A program made the position numbers and the translations under genes. DNA of 63,997 bases, filler included, from Atractiella rhizophila (taxonomy: Eukaryota): NCBI GenBank assembly GCA_021432655.1. It is 20 parts of 20 records of this genome, joined end to end, with 100 filler letters (N's around TTAATTAATTAA, not from the genome) between each part and the next. Parts side by side here need not be neighbours in the genome. Positions count along the whole stretch, not along the records: positions 45,320 to 48,407 come from MU272583.1; positions 48,508 to 51,594 come from MU272584.1; positions 51,695 to 54,767 come from MU272585.1; positions 54,868 to 57,925 come from MU272586.1; positions 58,026 to 61,081 come from MU272587.1; 15 more parts are not named here. One strand, written 5' to 3'. Shown in pieces: positions 46,514 through 58,911 of this stretch; positions within the stretch are counted from its first letter, which is position 1, and the number at the start of each line of letters is the position of its first letter. The notes below the pieces were generated by a model. That model made no database searches. It was not told the DNA's origin and worked only from the letters and a program-made list of their open reading frames with translations.

Positions 46514-48407
46514 TTATGGATCCGCGTCCATCCTATCATCCGTAGACGCATTAGGATTAAGCGGTGGATCGTGCAACATTCTCCCTTCTCGTTGCTCATA
46601 CTCTCGGATTTTGTCTTGCACCCTTGCACTGAGCTTCTTGTGGATATCGTCAAGCCCCAAAACTTCCTTGTAATTATCTTTCTCTGCCGCTTCTACGTCC
46701 TCGGTTAACCGCTTCTCGACCTCGTGCGCCAAACCTGGGATGTGGAAAGGTCCTCTGTCCGACTGTCGTGCAAGATGAGGAGGCAGAGTGTCGTCTGCTA
46801 TATCCTCCAAGGCTTGTTCGAGGAGTTTGTTGATGATGACATCAGCCGGTGCTACAGCTAGTGCCTTTCGCCGTCGCATCAGAAAGGGTTGAAAGCTGTT
46901 GGCATTGGCAATTGAGCTTACCTCATGGTATCGCTGTATTGCCTCAGGCGTCTCACCAGCCAAATGAAGTGTCATCCCAAGAGCCGCAAGGGGGGCAGGC
47001 CAACGGGGGTCCATATCCACACACTTTCTGAGAAAGGTTTTCGCTTCATCCAACTTCCTATCTGGCAACATCAATAAGACAACAATGTAGAGGCAAAGAC
47101 AAACCCGATCTTTCGGTAGGCTTGCCCAGCGTTGAAGAGAACTTCTTTCCAGTTGCTCATCGGTGACTGTATCTTGGCGGCCGCGCGCAGGGCTGAATGA
47201 AAGAGCTGAATGGCGATACTGTACCTGTAGGACATGAGCCGTTAAAGGGTATGAGAGTAATCTCGTCATACCTCTCATCGCGATAAGCAAGCACTCCCAT
47301 TTCATTGAGGAGCAATGGATCGTCTTGATTCAGATCATACGCCAGCTTTAGGTATTGGTCCGCAATATGGTAGTTCCCCAGAGTCATGTTCTGCATGCCG
47401 AGGAAGAGTGTTGGCAGGTGATTCCTGTTTGGCGGTTGGGTCTTGTGGAACAGGCGAAGGAACAACAAACCCCATCATGTTCCGTTGAGCTGTCATGTAA
47501 GCGGTCATCGCCTGGTCGTGCTCCCCTTCGTGCGCGAAGCAGTGGGCATAGCATAGCCATGAGGGTCCGTATCTGCTGTCCAAGAGCACACTCTTCCTGC
47601 CGGAAGGTCAACCACCTTTCGACGTGGAAAATAGCAGACTCACGAAAAGAACCGACGAGCTTCGTCCCATCGCGATCCAGAATAGTACCACAAGCCGACA
47701 GCATACCAAGAGACCGCAAGGTCAGGATCTCGTTCCACCAGCTCGTGCGCAAGAACAAATAGTTTGGACCGAAGGTGAGGTAACTTGACCATACAAGCCA
47801 GATGGAGGGCTAGGGTAGCTTGATGATCGCGCTTTTTGTCCAGAATCCTGTGGGCTAGATCAGGGGAGATGTCCAGCATAAAGGAAAGACTTGCTTTGAA
47901 GTAATTGTGTAGCACTCTGCATAGCGGTACGAAGTCAATAGCTCCTCAGCGAGACCAAGCAGCACATCTGGATTGGAAGAAAGGCCATAAGTGGTGACCA
48001 GCTTTTGCCTAGCGGTAGACATTTCCTGCCTGTGACCATACTGCACTCGTTGATCAGAATTAGAGAGGCAAAAGGCAAAGAGGAAAGACTCACCTTTTTG
48101 AGTCGGATTGTGTACATCATCTTTACATAGTCAGCATCATCTTCTACCTGTTCACTATATGCCAGTTGCTGTAGGAGGTCCCATTCTGTAGATTACAGTC
48201 GGTGTTGCTACATGGTGACTAAAGGCACTAACCTTCTTGTCCCGTAAGCATATTCCCTTTCATCAACGCTTCAAAGCTCTCATAGCATTTAACATCGATC
48301 ATAAGAGCATCTACAAAGGCTTCTTTGGCTCGATCGATCGAGTTTAGGTTCTGGTAAATGATGCCTCTGAGATGGCAGAGCGTTGCTTCAAACTGTTAAA
48401 CTTAGCA
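46514..48407 (-). CDS. CDC16: Anaphase-promoting complex subunit Cdc16/Cut9/APC6 (TPR); 5' partial
   Basis: [95 protein letters not shown]. Confidence 0.93.
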
Positions 48408-48507
48408 NNNNNNNNNNNNNNNNNNNNNNNNNNNNNNNNNNNNNNNNNNNNTTAATTAATTAANNNNNNNNNNNNNNNNNNNNNNNNNNNNNNNNNNNNN
48501 NNNNNNN

Positions 48508-51500
48508 TGAGGATGAAGGAGGTTCGCCTCGTCGATCTCCTAGAAAGCACGCTCGAAAGCTTGATAGTGGAAAAAGTCAAAGCAATGATGAGAATTTCAA
48601 GTATTGGACGGATGATGAGATCATTGGTGAGCCATCGCATGCTTTCTGTATAGTTTCTCTGACAGTTCCAATGCTAGATTTTGACCTCCAGCGCTGGGGC
48701 AAATCAGCTACGAAGAAGAATTCGATGTAACCTAGCACCTACTCTCACTTTGAAGAGCGACCTATTGTTCAGCGTGGGGCTTATGTGAAGAAAACAAAGA
48801 ACGGCGCTATTGGCGACTTTCGGGTCTTCTACTCCTTTCTCTGCAAGGAGCACCCTGAAGAGCACAGGTTTGAGCGGGCACGAGATGATCTTTCGACAGG
48901 AACGAATCAAAAAAGTGTCAATGAATGTCTCAAGGTATATCTTTGTTATCTGTCCGTACCACCAATGTCTGAAAGTATGGAGAACAGTTTCATGGCACGA
49001 GCAAGTCAGCGAAGGAGAAACAAGCGGTTCTGATGGCCAACAGTGCAAAGGAGCTTTGGGTACAAACCCTTACTCCGGAGCGCCGTGCTGTCCTTCGACG
49101 AGTTTACACGGCATTGCGGTGCGCCACCTCAGCTCGCCCATGGAACATCACGCACGATAAGTACTATCGAGAAATACTCAAGGTGGGGAATGGAGGAACA
49201 GGCTGCATTGCCAACCTGGATTCTAATAAAGTTGCGGATGATTGTTTCGTGATCAATGACTATGTGAAGGGAAAGGTCAGGCAGAAGCTGCAGGTTCGTA
49301 CTTTTCTCCCTCACATTGCAACGTGATTGACTATTAGTGCAGTTAATCAAAGGCATGTGCAGCATCAGCCTTGATGGCTGGACATCGCCACAGTCCTTCT
49401 CATATGTCCTTGTTTACCTGCATTATCACGAAAAAGGAAGGATGAAGAAGGCCGGTCTCACTATGATCCGGTCAGTGTTGGCAGTACAGTTTAACATGTA
49501 CAAGCAATAACCGCTAGCTAGAATCACGGAATCACATACAGGCGTTGCCATTGCAGAGAGGGTTTACAGGGTGCTTGAGGAGTTTGATGTTTGTGAAAAG
49601 GTGATTTTGCATATTTATCCTGCCTTTATGTGTGCAGCATCGCTCAACGTGTTTCCTACAAGGTCATCCTTCCCATTGCCGACAATGCCTCGAACAATGA
49701 CACTTTTACGAAAGCCATCACTGACCTCAGCAAGTTCCCTCGGATGGTGTGCTGGGGAGGATTGGCAATGCGCATTAGATGCTTTCCGCATATCTTAAAC
49801 CTCATTGCAAAGGTACGTTGTGTTACTAAATGTTTTTGTGTTCATTATCAAACCAATGCTATCACCAGGCATTTGTCTCACGCTTCAAATGTCCGGTAAC
49901 CAAGAAGTCCTCAGTGCATGGAATCGGAACATCTGTTGCACTGGATGAAGCTGCATTGGCAGAACTAGATCATGAAATCAATGAGTCGGGCTTTGGAGAT
50001 GAAGCAGACATCATTGGTGAGTGGTCCCAGAGTCCGGTTCTGCGCTTACCAGATTAAAGGGGCTTTGGACGAAGCGCAGGCTGATGATGCTGCCATCATG
50101 GCAATTGATAACCAGGTCATGGCAACAAAATGTTCCGCAAAGCAGGAACGTGAGGCTCGCTTCACACTTACCAAGGTTTGATTAGTTGTTTTGACTTACA
50201 ACTTATGTTTCTCACAGCCACTCCATTGGATCAGGTCACTAATCTGGCCAAGAGGGTTGAAGACAGTGATGCAATACACACAAGCCTGGAGACCGAAGTT
50301 CTGCAAGCGTAGAAAGATGACCCAGCCGGAGTGCTCAAGCACTTCAAGCTGCCAATCCACCTCATTCGTGCTTGCCCCACCCGATGGAATGGTGAAGGTG
50401 CAATGGTCAATCACGCTCTACAGCTGAGGGAGCCCATCGCAAATGTCTGCGGGAAGCCAAGGCTGAAGCTGGAGAAATGCCGACTGACAGGAATGGAGTG
50501 GTCGATCTTGGATGAGCTTGTTCTGTCGTTTGAAGTAAGTCTTTTGCCTTTGTGATGATCACGACGCAATGTGTTGAAATGGGCTCCAGCTCTTTCAGGA
50601 GACGAGTGACAAAATGTCACAATCTAACAGTCCCAATCTCGCTCGTGTGATACCAATGTTCGATAACATTGGCATTCACCTATCCCGGCTGTATGAAGAT
50701 TATCAGTTGGATGGCGAGTGGCATTTTGCTGAGGCTCATATGGCTATTTGGAATGGTGCAGAGCGTGCCCACAAGCTGCTTGATAAGTACTTCTCAAAGG
50801 TAATAGATGAGGCACACATATGCGCTTGGGTGCTTCATATGCTCCTGGTTTTTGTTGTCTTATTGCCCGACTTGCTCACTTTTTCACAGTTCTTCATCCA
50901 AATCGAAGGATGGCTTATTTGAAGTTGCTAGATTGGGAAACAGTTTGGATTACCGATGCAGTTAACAGCCTGAAAGAGTATTATCAAACGTATTACATAG
51001 TAACCATGACAGGAGAGACTGACACGAGCCGCAAAGTATGTCCTGGTTACCAACAAATCCTGACTGAATTATGGTTAGGACCAGCATCCGCGAAAGAAGA
51101 TGAATATGGCATGGTATGATCCGATGATCAAGCAATTGAATGGGGCACCGGTTGAAGTGGACTTCCTTATGGAGTTTTTGGATGCAAAACCAGAAGCCAT
51201 TATCTTGCGAGAGGACGGGTCAACAAACGAGTTAGATGCATTGAGCTACCACTACAAGGCTTGGAAGGTAGCAGGGTCAGAGCAGGAGAGGAAATTCCGG
51301 GGGCTTGCGATGGACATTTCCGCCATTCCATGTTAGTCCCTTCCTCAAGGCTCTTTGTGATCACTCTGACAAATCTTCTGAAGGCTCTTCAACTGATGTT
51401 GAGAGGGCTTTTTCGGATGGGCGCCTCACAGTCACTCACCTTCGTCACCGACTTTCGGATGCCAGATTCCATGCCTTGTTGATGCTGAAGCTTTGGGATG

Positions 51501-51594
51501 AGGATGGGCTCTTAGCGGATGTGAAGGAGCTTGTGATCCTCCTGGAGAACAGCGATGGTGAACAAAAGGAGGCAAGGCAGCAGCGGAAGAGGAC
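48508..51594 (+). mobile_element. hAT transposase gene, multi-intron, apparently intact coding sequence; ends missing
   Basis: BED-like FLCKEH..ECL, RPWNITHD, SLDGWTS, SHTG, IADNASNND, RCFPHILNL, TRWN, LHPN..W, DVERAFS..RHRLS. No stop noticed within the inferred exons. Confidence 0.92.
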
Positions 51595-52260
51595 NNNNNN
51601 NNNNNNNNNNNNNNNNNNNNNNNNNNNNNNNNNNNNNNTTAATTAATTAANNNNNNNNNNNNNNNNNNNNNNNNNNNNNNNNNNNNNNNNNNNNTTCTTG
51701 AGTTGTGATAGTATTGTCGGCTCCTACGTCACCTTGCTGCAGGCTAATAAAGATGTCTTCTTTCTCCTTTTGGTTCATCAATCACCAAAATCGTCTTGCA
51801 GAACGCTAGATTATGCGTCGCTACTGTTGGACAAGCCACACCTATAGGCTGTTGAGAGATTCATGTGTAAAAGATTATCAATTCTCGGGTTTTTCACATT
51901 CGTGTATTTATCCAAGAATCCATAGGTGACTATCAGACATTTGATAAAGTACATAGATTATGTCCAAAGGCATGAAATCGATGCGATGCGTCTTGTCAAA
52001 TGCGTATTCCCGATCTCTATTGTCATTTTGAGTGATTGAGATTTATTCTTCCTTGGATGTATCAGAAGTGATGCAAAACGGTTGCAATCACACGCCCTTT
52101 GCCCCACGCTTGCAGTTAATTTCAGGCAGCCATCATTGCTTTCTCTCTCTATGGTATTATGCCCTTTCAAATAAACGCTGCTACGCAACTTTCACTTGCC
52201 CAGTAATATTCCAGCTCCGCAGCTTCAAACCCCAAGGTCTCCATTTCGTATAATCTAACT

Positions 52261-54078
52261 GTGATCAAACAGATTCTTGCCTTCTTCGTCTCTCCATTCG
52301 TCCCACCGTCCATCTCGTCCTTCCTCGCGCTGCTTCGACTCATCGCACACTCTTCCTCTTGTTCTGTCCTCTGCAAAGATCATGTCTTCATCCAAACCGA
52401 ACCCGCCGAGTTCAAGCCGACGGCAGGTCCCCTATCCTCTCGTAGAGGGAGTGGGAAGAGCACGAAGAGTAATCCTTTCGAGAAGGAGAAATTGCGGACT
52501 CCGTCCACCCAGAAGACTGTGGAAAGTGACAGTGTAAGGAAGTGGAGAGAAGAGACCCTCTCCGCTGTTTCACCAACCCTGCCGGAAGAAAAGGATCCCC
52601 AGCCTTCCGTCGCCTCGAGAAACCCTTTCCTCGCCCGTGCTGGGGCTCCGAGAGACGACAGTCCCTTCATTCGATCGCCTAATCTTGACCGCTCCATCTC
52701 ACTGTCCCACGCAAAACATCGACCGCAACCTCTCCCCAGGGCTATGTCTCCTCCGCCCCGTCTGGAAGGAACAAGCAATCTCAAAGACAATAATCCGTTC
52801 AAGAATGCTTGGGCGTCAAGCTCTAACTCGAGCCTCGCCACCTACAATCCGAAGAGTCCACCACTTCCTCCTAGACCGAAAGCAGAAAAGAGCAAAGAGG
52901 ATGACAAAGACCCCAGGCAGCCGAAGAGACGCACTACAACTGACGAGCCGTCACGACGGCCGCTGTCTCCCCCTCCGAGTCCTCCAAAACGTAAACCGAC
53001 GGCTTCTGCACCCTCGCATGCACACGATCAATCGCGAAAGATATCATCTACCACCGCCACCGCCCTGTCAACCACCTCTGCACCACCTCTCATCAAACGA
53101 AAGCCCTCAAAACCGACCCTTCTCTCGTCTTCTCATCTCGGAATGCAAACCAATCTCCGACCCACTCCACCTTTGCCCTCCCACGGCTTGAGCGCTGATG
53201 ACTCGAACATATCCAATCGTGCACGGAGCGATTCCTCCACATCTGCATCTTCGAAACAGAAACAAGGCCCGCACGCACCGCCATACATTTACGCTGCTCC
53301 AGCTCCAGCGTTCCCCATCAAACCAGAAGCGTCGAAACGTGGTGTTCCTCCTGTTCCTCCTGTGAAAAGAAGTGCAGATGTCTCGCGCTCCAACTCCCGC
53401 AGCGATTCTCCCGTTGATCCTCTTACTGAACCGTTGCCTCACTCCGCTGTTTTCGTTGGGTCGACGGCGACGAGTGTTGGGTTAGCGAGATCTAAGACAA
53501 CTGGAGCAGGGCGTGGTGCTCTACCCCCTCCCCCACCGAAGAGACGACCAGATTCCCTGTACGGTGCTCCTCCCGCCGTAGCACCGCTGGATGAAGCCAG
53601 CGTGCCTCACCCATTGTATTTCACCACGACAACAGTAAAGAGCGCTCGTGCACCGCCTCCTCCAGCATCAAAGCCGTTGCATTCTCGCTCACAGTCGACC
53701 TTCCAATCTCCCACCGCACCCTCCACGTCCAAGGTCCCTGATTCAAATCCTCCAACTTCCGGCGAGCGCAAGCAGTTTCGAGAGTCCGTAAAGGAGTTCA
53801 CAACTAAGTTAGAAGTGAGAGGACAACCAGAATGGCTTTCGAAGGCTGGTCAGAAGTTAGGCGTAATGCCTGGAGGGAGGACTGAAAAGCAGAGCCTAAT
53901 GGGACCTAAGAATCGAACCGGGAAAGAAGACGTTGTTGAAGAAGAGGATGATGATGATGATAGACGTTTGAGGCCGTCACCCTCGATGGATTTTACGGAC
54001 GACGAGTTTGGAGATCGTGACAGGGAGAGGGAGAGGATGAGGGCTGAGAGGGAGAGTGGGTGGTCAAGGCTCGACTGA
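52261..54078 (+). CDS. Pro/Ser-rich disordered protein with three NPF motifs and many PxxP motifs; start unresolved
   Basis: A 605-codon open frame with SNPF, RNPF, NNPF, PPLPPRP, PPVPPVK and PPPPPKRRP. There is no in-frame ATG before 52744, so an upstream exon is probable. Confidence 0.75.
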   Translation: MIKQILAFFVSPFVPPSISSFLALLRLIAHSSSCSVLCKDHVFIQTEPAEFKPTAGPLSSRRGSGKSTKSNPFEKEKLRTPSTQKTVESDSVRKWREETLSAVSPTLPEEKDPQPSVASRNPFLARAGAPRDDSPFIRSPNLDRSISLSHAKHRPQPLPRAMSPPPRLEGTSNLKDNNPFKNAWASSSNSSLATYNPKSPPLPPRPKAEKSKEDDKDPRQPKRRTTTDEPSRRPLSPPPSPPKRKPTASAPSHAHDQSRKISSTTATALSTTSAPPLIKRKPSKPTLLSSSHLGMQTNLRPTPPLPSHGLSADDSNISNRARSDSSTSASSKQKQGPHAPPYIYAAPAPAFPIKPEASKRGVPPVPPVKRSADVSRSNSRSDSPVDPLTEPLPHSAVFVGSTATSVGLARSKTTGAGRGALPPPPPKRRPDSLYGAPPAVAPLDEASVPHPLYFTTTTVKSARAPPPPASKPLHSRSQSTFQSPTAPSTSKVPDSNPPTSGERKQFRESVKEFTTKLEVRGQPEWLSKAGQKLGVMPGGRTEKQSLMGPKNRTGKEDVVEEEDDDDDRRLRPSPSMDFTDDEFGDRDRERERMRAERESGWSRLD

Positions 54079-54867
54079 TGATTGAGGAGGAAAGGCTTTT
54101 GCTCTCCCTATCTTCGTTTCATTCCTTCGTAACCTTTCGTTTTTCCTCGTTCATTTCAGCTTTTATTAGTGATTGCAGACTCGCATACGTCCGTACATTT
54201 CTTCGCCTTCGTCTCTTAGACCAATCTATGCAGAACCACCTCATGCGTTTTCTAATGTCCCTTTGAATATTACCAAGAAGAGAAGGATACCGAAAACAGT
54301 AACATGTCTCTCTTGAAACATAGGAATGGAAGAATAGGAATTTTATTGTACACTGAGGTCCAGTCAACAGGTTGTCGTCTGCATTTTATAGGTACTCCAA
54401 TCAACATCACCAATGAAACTGACTTGTTTAAGGAGAAAAAGGAAAAATTGTAGGATACTAAGAAAGATGAAGAGAAAAGTACAAGGAGGAGGGTATACAA
54501 AGATACAATAACATCACTGCTTGAAACAGACTTTTGATCACTTGTGTCCTTACGTTTTATCGTGGCATGCGAGTGGTAGAACGATAACGGAGACTCATGA
54601 AAAATGCGACATGGCCTTCATACCCTCCAAGCTTCTCCATCTCTCTCCATCCTCAAGAATGAAATAGATTATTCAAATGAAGCAGAATAACTAGAGACGT
54701 CACGTCGCCTTTTCTATCTTCACGCGTTGATCCCGTCCATATCAAAGATCCCATCATCGAATAATGANNNNNNNNNNNNNNNNNNNNNNNNNNNNNNNNN
54801 NNNNNNNNNNNTTAATTAATTAANNNNNNNNNNNNNNNNNNNNNNNNNNNNNNNNNNNNNNNNNNNN

Positions 54868-55542
54868 AGCATCCCATTGGCAGCGTCGTAGTCCTCCATT
54901 GCCTCAGACCACTTTTGGAGTTCCTTCTCCTTTTTCTCTGTTCCGTTGGAGATGTCAGTATCCGTCTTGAACGCCATTTTCGGTTCATCCGCTTTCTCCT
55001 CCAAATCCACGTCTGCCGATGTAATCTCCTGCAAGTCCTTGCCGAAGATAAGCATCGTACGAGGCAGGGTGCTCTCAGGTTGAGACAAATCCATTGGCAA
55101 CTTTAGGCAGATGCCCAGCTCGCCTTCAGTGGTCGCAGAAGACAATATTCCTTCGAGTTTCGCGCCGCCCTTAAGCGTGGCTACGACCTTGGTACCCTTT
55201 GGACCATTTTCACTTAACCTTACCCTTCGTACTCGACGAAAAAGGGACGTACGACGAGGGAAACTATGAGGAATATGAGCCTGTCATGCATATGTTTATT
55301 CACTTCCGCCACTTCGGAAGCGTTTGGTTTTGGTTGGGATGGAGCTGGGGACTGTCCGTTTGAGAGATGGGACTGGGAAACGGCTGGGCTGCTTGGCCTT
55401 GAGCCTCCCACTGTCGGACCCAATGACGAGTTGGATCCCCATCTCTGCGGCCTCCTGCCGAGTTCGCCCATTAGTTATGTGCCAAAAATGATAGAGGATG
55501 AGCTAAAGCATACTTGTTGGAGTTCCTGCCTTTAGAAGACAT
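54868..55542 (-). CDS. PBP1: Ataxin-2 / Pab1-binding protein, N-terminal LSm region; 3' partial
   Basis: MSSKGRNSNK|RPQRW...HMHDRLIFLIVSLV|GTKVVATLKGGAKLEGILS...FKTDTDIS...EKELQKW. Confidence 0.88.
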
Positions 55543-55767
55543 CTGTCTCAGGCTCACATTCGTGGTCGTTGTCTGGTGTTCCTGGTCAATTTAGGTTTAG
55601 TCCACTCAGCGTGCCCCGACCAGACCAGCAACACTCCTTAGCTATCTCGATTTCCTATCGATTTCCCTTTATCAGTCTCTGGTTCGCTGGCTCATCTCAT
55701 CGTTCTATCACATATCACACAGTTGTCTGCCCCGTCTCAGCAACCGACGTCGCCACCTCGGGACGTC

Positions 55768-57352
55768 ATGCCAATCTACTTCACCAGCCGTCGAGATGGC
55801 AGGCCAAAGCGTCAGAACTCTAGCGAGAATGTTAGCACTCCGCGTGGCGAGTACAGCAATCCTTTCGAGAAGCCNNNNNNNNNNNNNNNNNNNNNNNNNN
55901 NNNNNNNNNNNNNNNNNNNNNNNNNNNNNNNNNNNNNNNNNNNNNNNNNNNNNNNNNNNNNNNNNNNNNNNNNNNNNNNNNNNNNNNNNNNNNNNNNNNN
56001 NNNNNNNNNNNNNNNNNNNNNNNNNNNNNNNNNNNNNNNNNNNNNNNNNNNNNNNNNNNNNNNNNNNNNNNNNNNNNNNNNNNNNNNNNNNNNNNNNNNN
56101 NNNNNNNNNNNNNNNNNNNNNNNNNNNNNNNNNNNNNNNNNNNNNNNNNNNNNNNNNNNNNNNNNNNNNNNNNNNNNNNNNNNNNNNNNNNNNNNNNNNN
56201 NNNNNNNNNNNNNNNNNNNNNNNNNNNNNNNNNNNNNNNNNNNNNNNNNNNNNNNNNNNNNNNNNNNNNNNNNNNNNNNNNNNNNNNNNNNNNNNNNNNN
56301 NNNNNNNNNNNNNNNNNNNNNNNNNNNNNNNNNNNNNNNNNNNNNNNNNNNNNNNNNNNNNNNNNNNNNNNNNNNNNNNNNNNNNNNNNNNNNNNNNNNN
56401 NNNNNNNNNNNNNNNNNNNNNNNNNNNNNNNNNNNNNNNNNNNNNNNNNNNNNNNNNNNNNNNNNNNNNNNNNNNNNNNNNNNNNNNNNNNNNNNNNNNN
56501 NNNNNNNNNNNNNNNNNNNNNNNNNNNNNNNNNNNNNNNNNNNNNNNNNNNNNNNNNNNNNNNNNNNNNNNNNNNNNNNNNNNNNNNNNNNNNNNNNNNN
56601 NNNNNNNNNNNNNNNNNNNNNNNNNNNNNNNNNNNNNNNNNNNNNNNNNNNNNNNNNNNNNNNNNNNNNNNNNNNNNNNNNNNNNNNNNNNNNNNNNNNN
56701 NNNNNNNNNNNNNNNNNNNNNNNNNNNNNNNNNNNNNNNNNNNNNNNNNNNNNNNNNNNNNNNNNNNNNNNNNNNNNNNNNNNNNNNNNNNNNNNNNNNT
56801 TGACAGCTTTATTAGCTGTTGACGCGAGATCCCAAAAAGCGTCTCGGTTCACGCTATGGTGCGACCGAAGTGAAGCAACATTTGTTCTTCAAGGACATGG
56901 ACTGGAAAGGTCTTGCCCAGGGCGAAATCACGCCACCTTTTAAACCGTCAGTCGATCCTGATGATGAAAATCTGGATCGCTCTTCCGTCACTGCAGACAT
57001 TTCGGAGTCCCAATACAAAAGCCGGAGAAGTTCTGTCATCGACAGCGGATTTGGTGGGAGTGATAGGAGGAGCAGCGAACGGAATCCATTTTCTAAGCAT
57101 GTCCAAGGTCTCTTCCGAGGCTTCACCTTCGCTCGAGAAACGTCTGCCGAAAATGGATCGGCACTTCTACGACCAGGGCTTAGACGCAACTCAGAATCAC
57201 GCGCAGCCGATTTTGAACATAAGCGTCGTACCCTTCAACGGAAAGGTAGTTCGTTCGACGAAACTTTGGCGCATAAGAATTTGCCTTTGACTTCTTCCAT
57301 TCCTTCCTTTGATGATTTCGATGGCAGTTGGGGTAGTTTTGACGATGACTGA
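55768..57352 (+). CDS. AGC-family protein kinase (Sch9/Sck-like tail); middle in a 925-N gap
   Basis: After the gap: [41 protein letters not shown] (hydrophobic motif). The candidate ATG at 55768 lies before the gap, so linking the two parts is an inference. Confidence 0.8.
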
Positions 57353-58025
57353 ACTTTTAACAAATCATTTTCTCGTCCATAGTGTAGACTTTAACCTGTT
57401 CAGTTTCAATTTCCCTCTTCATCATCCTTGGTGGACATTGTCAGTGGATGCTATCATGCTGTGGTCACTTCGTTGCCTCAATCTATGTATTCAAAATCGT
57501 TTTTCTTCTGGGTGTGGCGTGGAATATTAGCAGTTGTGATTGTACTAAACCTTGCCGCGTTGAATCGCAGCTACAATAACATGAAAAGAGGCAGAGGGTT
57601 GTTCATTCTCGAACGGAGCATGGAGGAATAACACATTGAAAACATCATTAAGGAAACAAGCAGAAGCAGAGAATAACGCAGCAGAACTATGACAGATGCC
57701 AGAAGTGATTACATGGCTTTACTTCTTCTTTCGACGTTTTCGTTTGATATCGCTCAGTGATACATTCCTGGTTTGGGTAGTGAACGGCAATACTCTGAAA
57801 TATAAGGACAACGTACGAGCTCTGTGATATGGGTTTTTCGGGGACACCATTTGATGTACCATTTGTCAGGTCTCTCAATCTCTCAACCCCTCCTTCGCGC
57901 TCCTCGTCCTCTTCAATAGCTTTCCNNNNNNNNNNNNNNNNNNNNNNNNNNNNNNNNNNNNNNNNNNNNTTAATTAATTAANNNNNNNNNNNNNNNNNNN
58001 NNNNNNNNNNNNNNNNNNNNNNNNN

Positions 58026-58313
58026 TGTATCCATCACCGGAACTCAGATAGGATCCCCTCAGACCATAAAGTGGGTTCTCGTTACAATTTTTTGGGAGAT
58101 TATGTTAAGGAACGGGTAAGGGAAATGCTCGACTTCGCCGCCGAGAAAGGCGTGAAGCCTTGGATCGAAATCAGGGACATGAAGGACGTTGAGCAGGCTT
58201 TGAAGGATGTAGAGGAGGGAAAGCCCAAGTGTGTTTTCTTTCTCCCTCTTCCAATTTGGCAAGTAATCGATATCTGACCCATGTGCAGGTACCGCTATGT
58301 CCTGAAAAATTGA
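58026..58313 (+). CDS. Zn-dependent medium-chain alcohol dehydrogenase (CAD/ADH6-like), 3' end
   Basis: VSITGTQIGSP|..VREMLDFAAEKGVKPWIE..MKDVEQALKDVEEGKPK|YRYVLKN*. Confidence 0.85.
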
Positions 58314-58911
58314 ACGTTGCAAATTTGCATGAAAAAGAAAGAAAACAAAGAAATCTGAAATAAATAGTGTACGGTATGCGCAGACAGAGGACTCATTACC
58401 AAATGTGCCGTTATTGATGTAGCCACACAGTCTGTAGTAAGGATCAATAACAATAATATGTCATTCTTCTGCGATAGGCGAATTGATCTGGCCACAAAGA
58501 CACATTGAGCGACCAGGTGCAGTAGGACACTGCACGCAAAGACTCTTGCACAACACATGTATAACGGCAACAAAGCCGTGAGTCCTTCCGATCATGAAAT
58601 TCAGTGTAGCAGGATGAGCAACATCGAATCAGTGCCGCATACTAAGCCATCCCGAGATTACATGGAGTAGTACGACATATGTGCTCTGAGATGTCTACAT
58701 TGTCACACAACTGCGTTTACATGCGTTTAGCGTGAAATACAAGTGGGGTGGAAATGGTTTTGGGTTCATCAGCACCTAGCGTACGTTTAGCAAATTGCGA
58801 CCCATATATGGCGAGTCTACACCGCCCATTTTGCGGAACGCTAGCTCGAGCAATGACAGGAGTCTGAATTCATGAAGGAATCTCGAGAAGAGCGCCTACT
58901 TACAAAAGTTA

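Noticed and set aside
55723..56943. Long 335-406 aa ORFs in the track
   Set aside because: They consist mostly of X from the 925-N scaffold gap.
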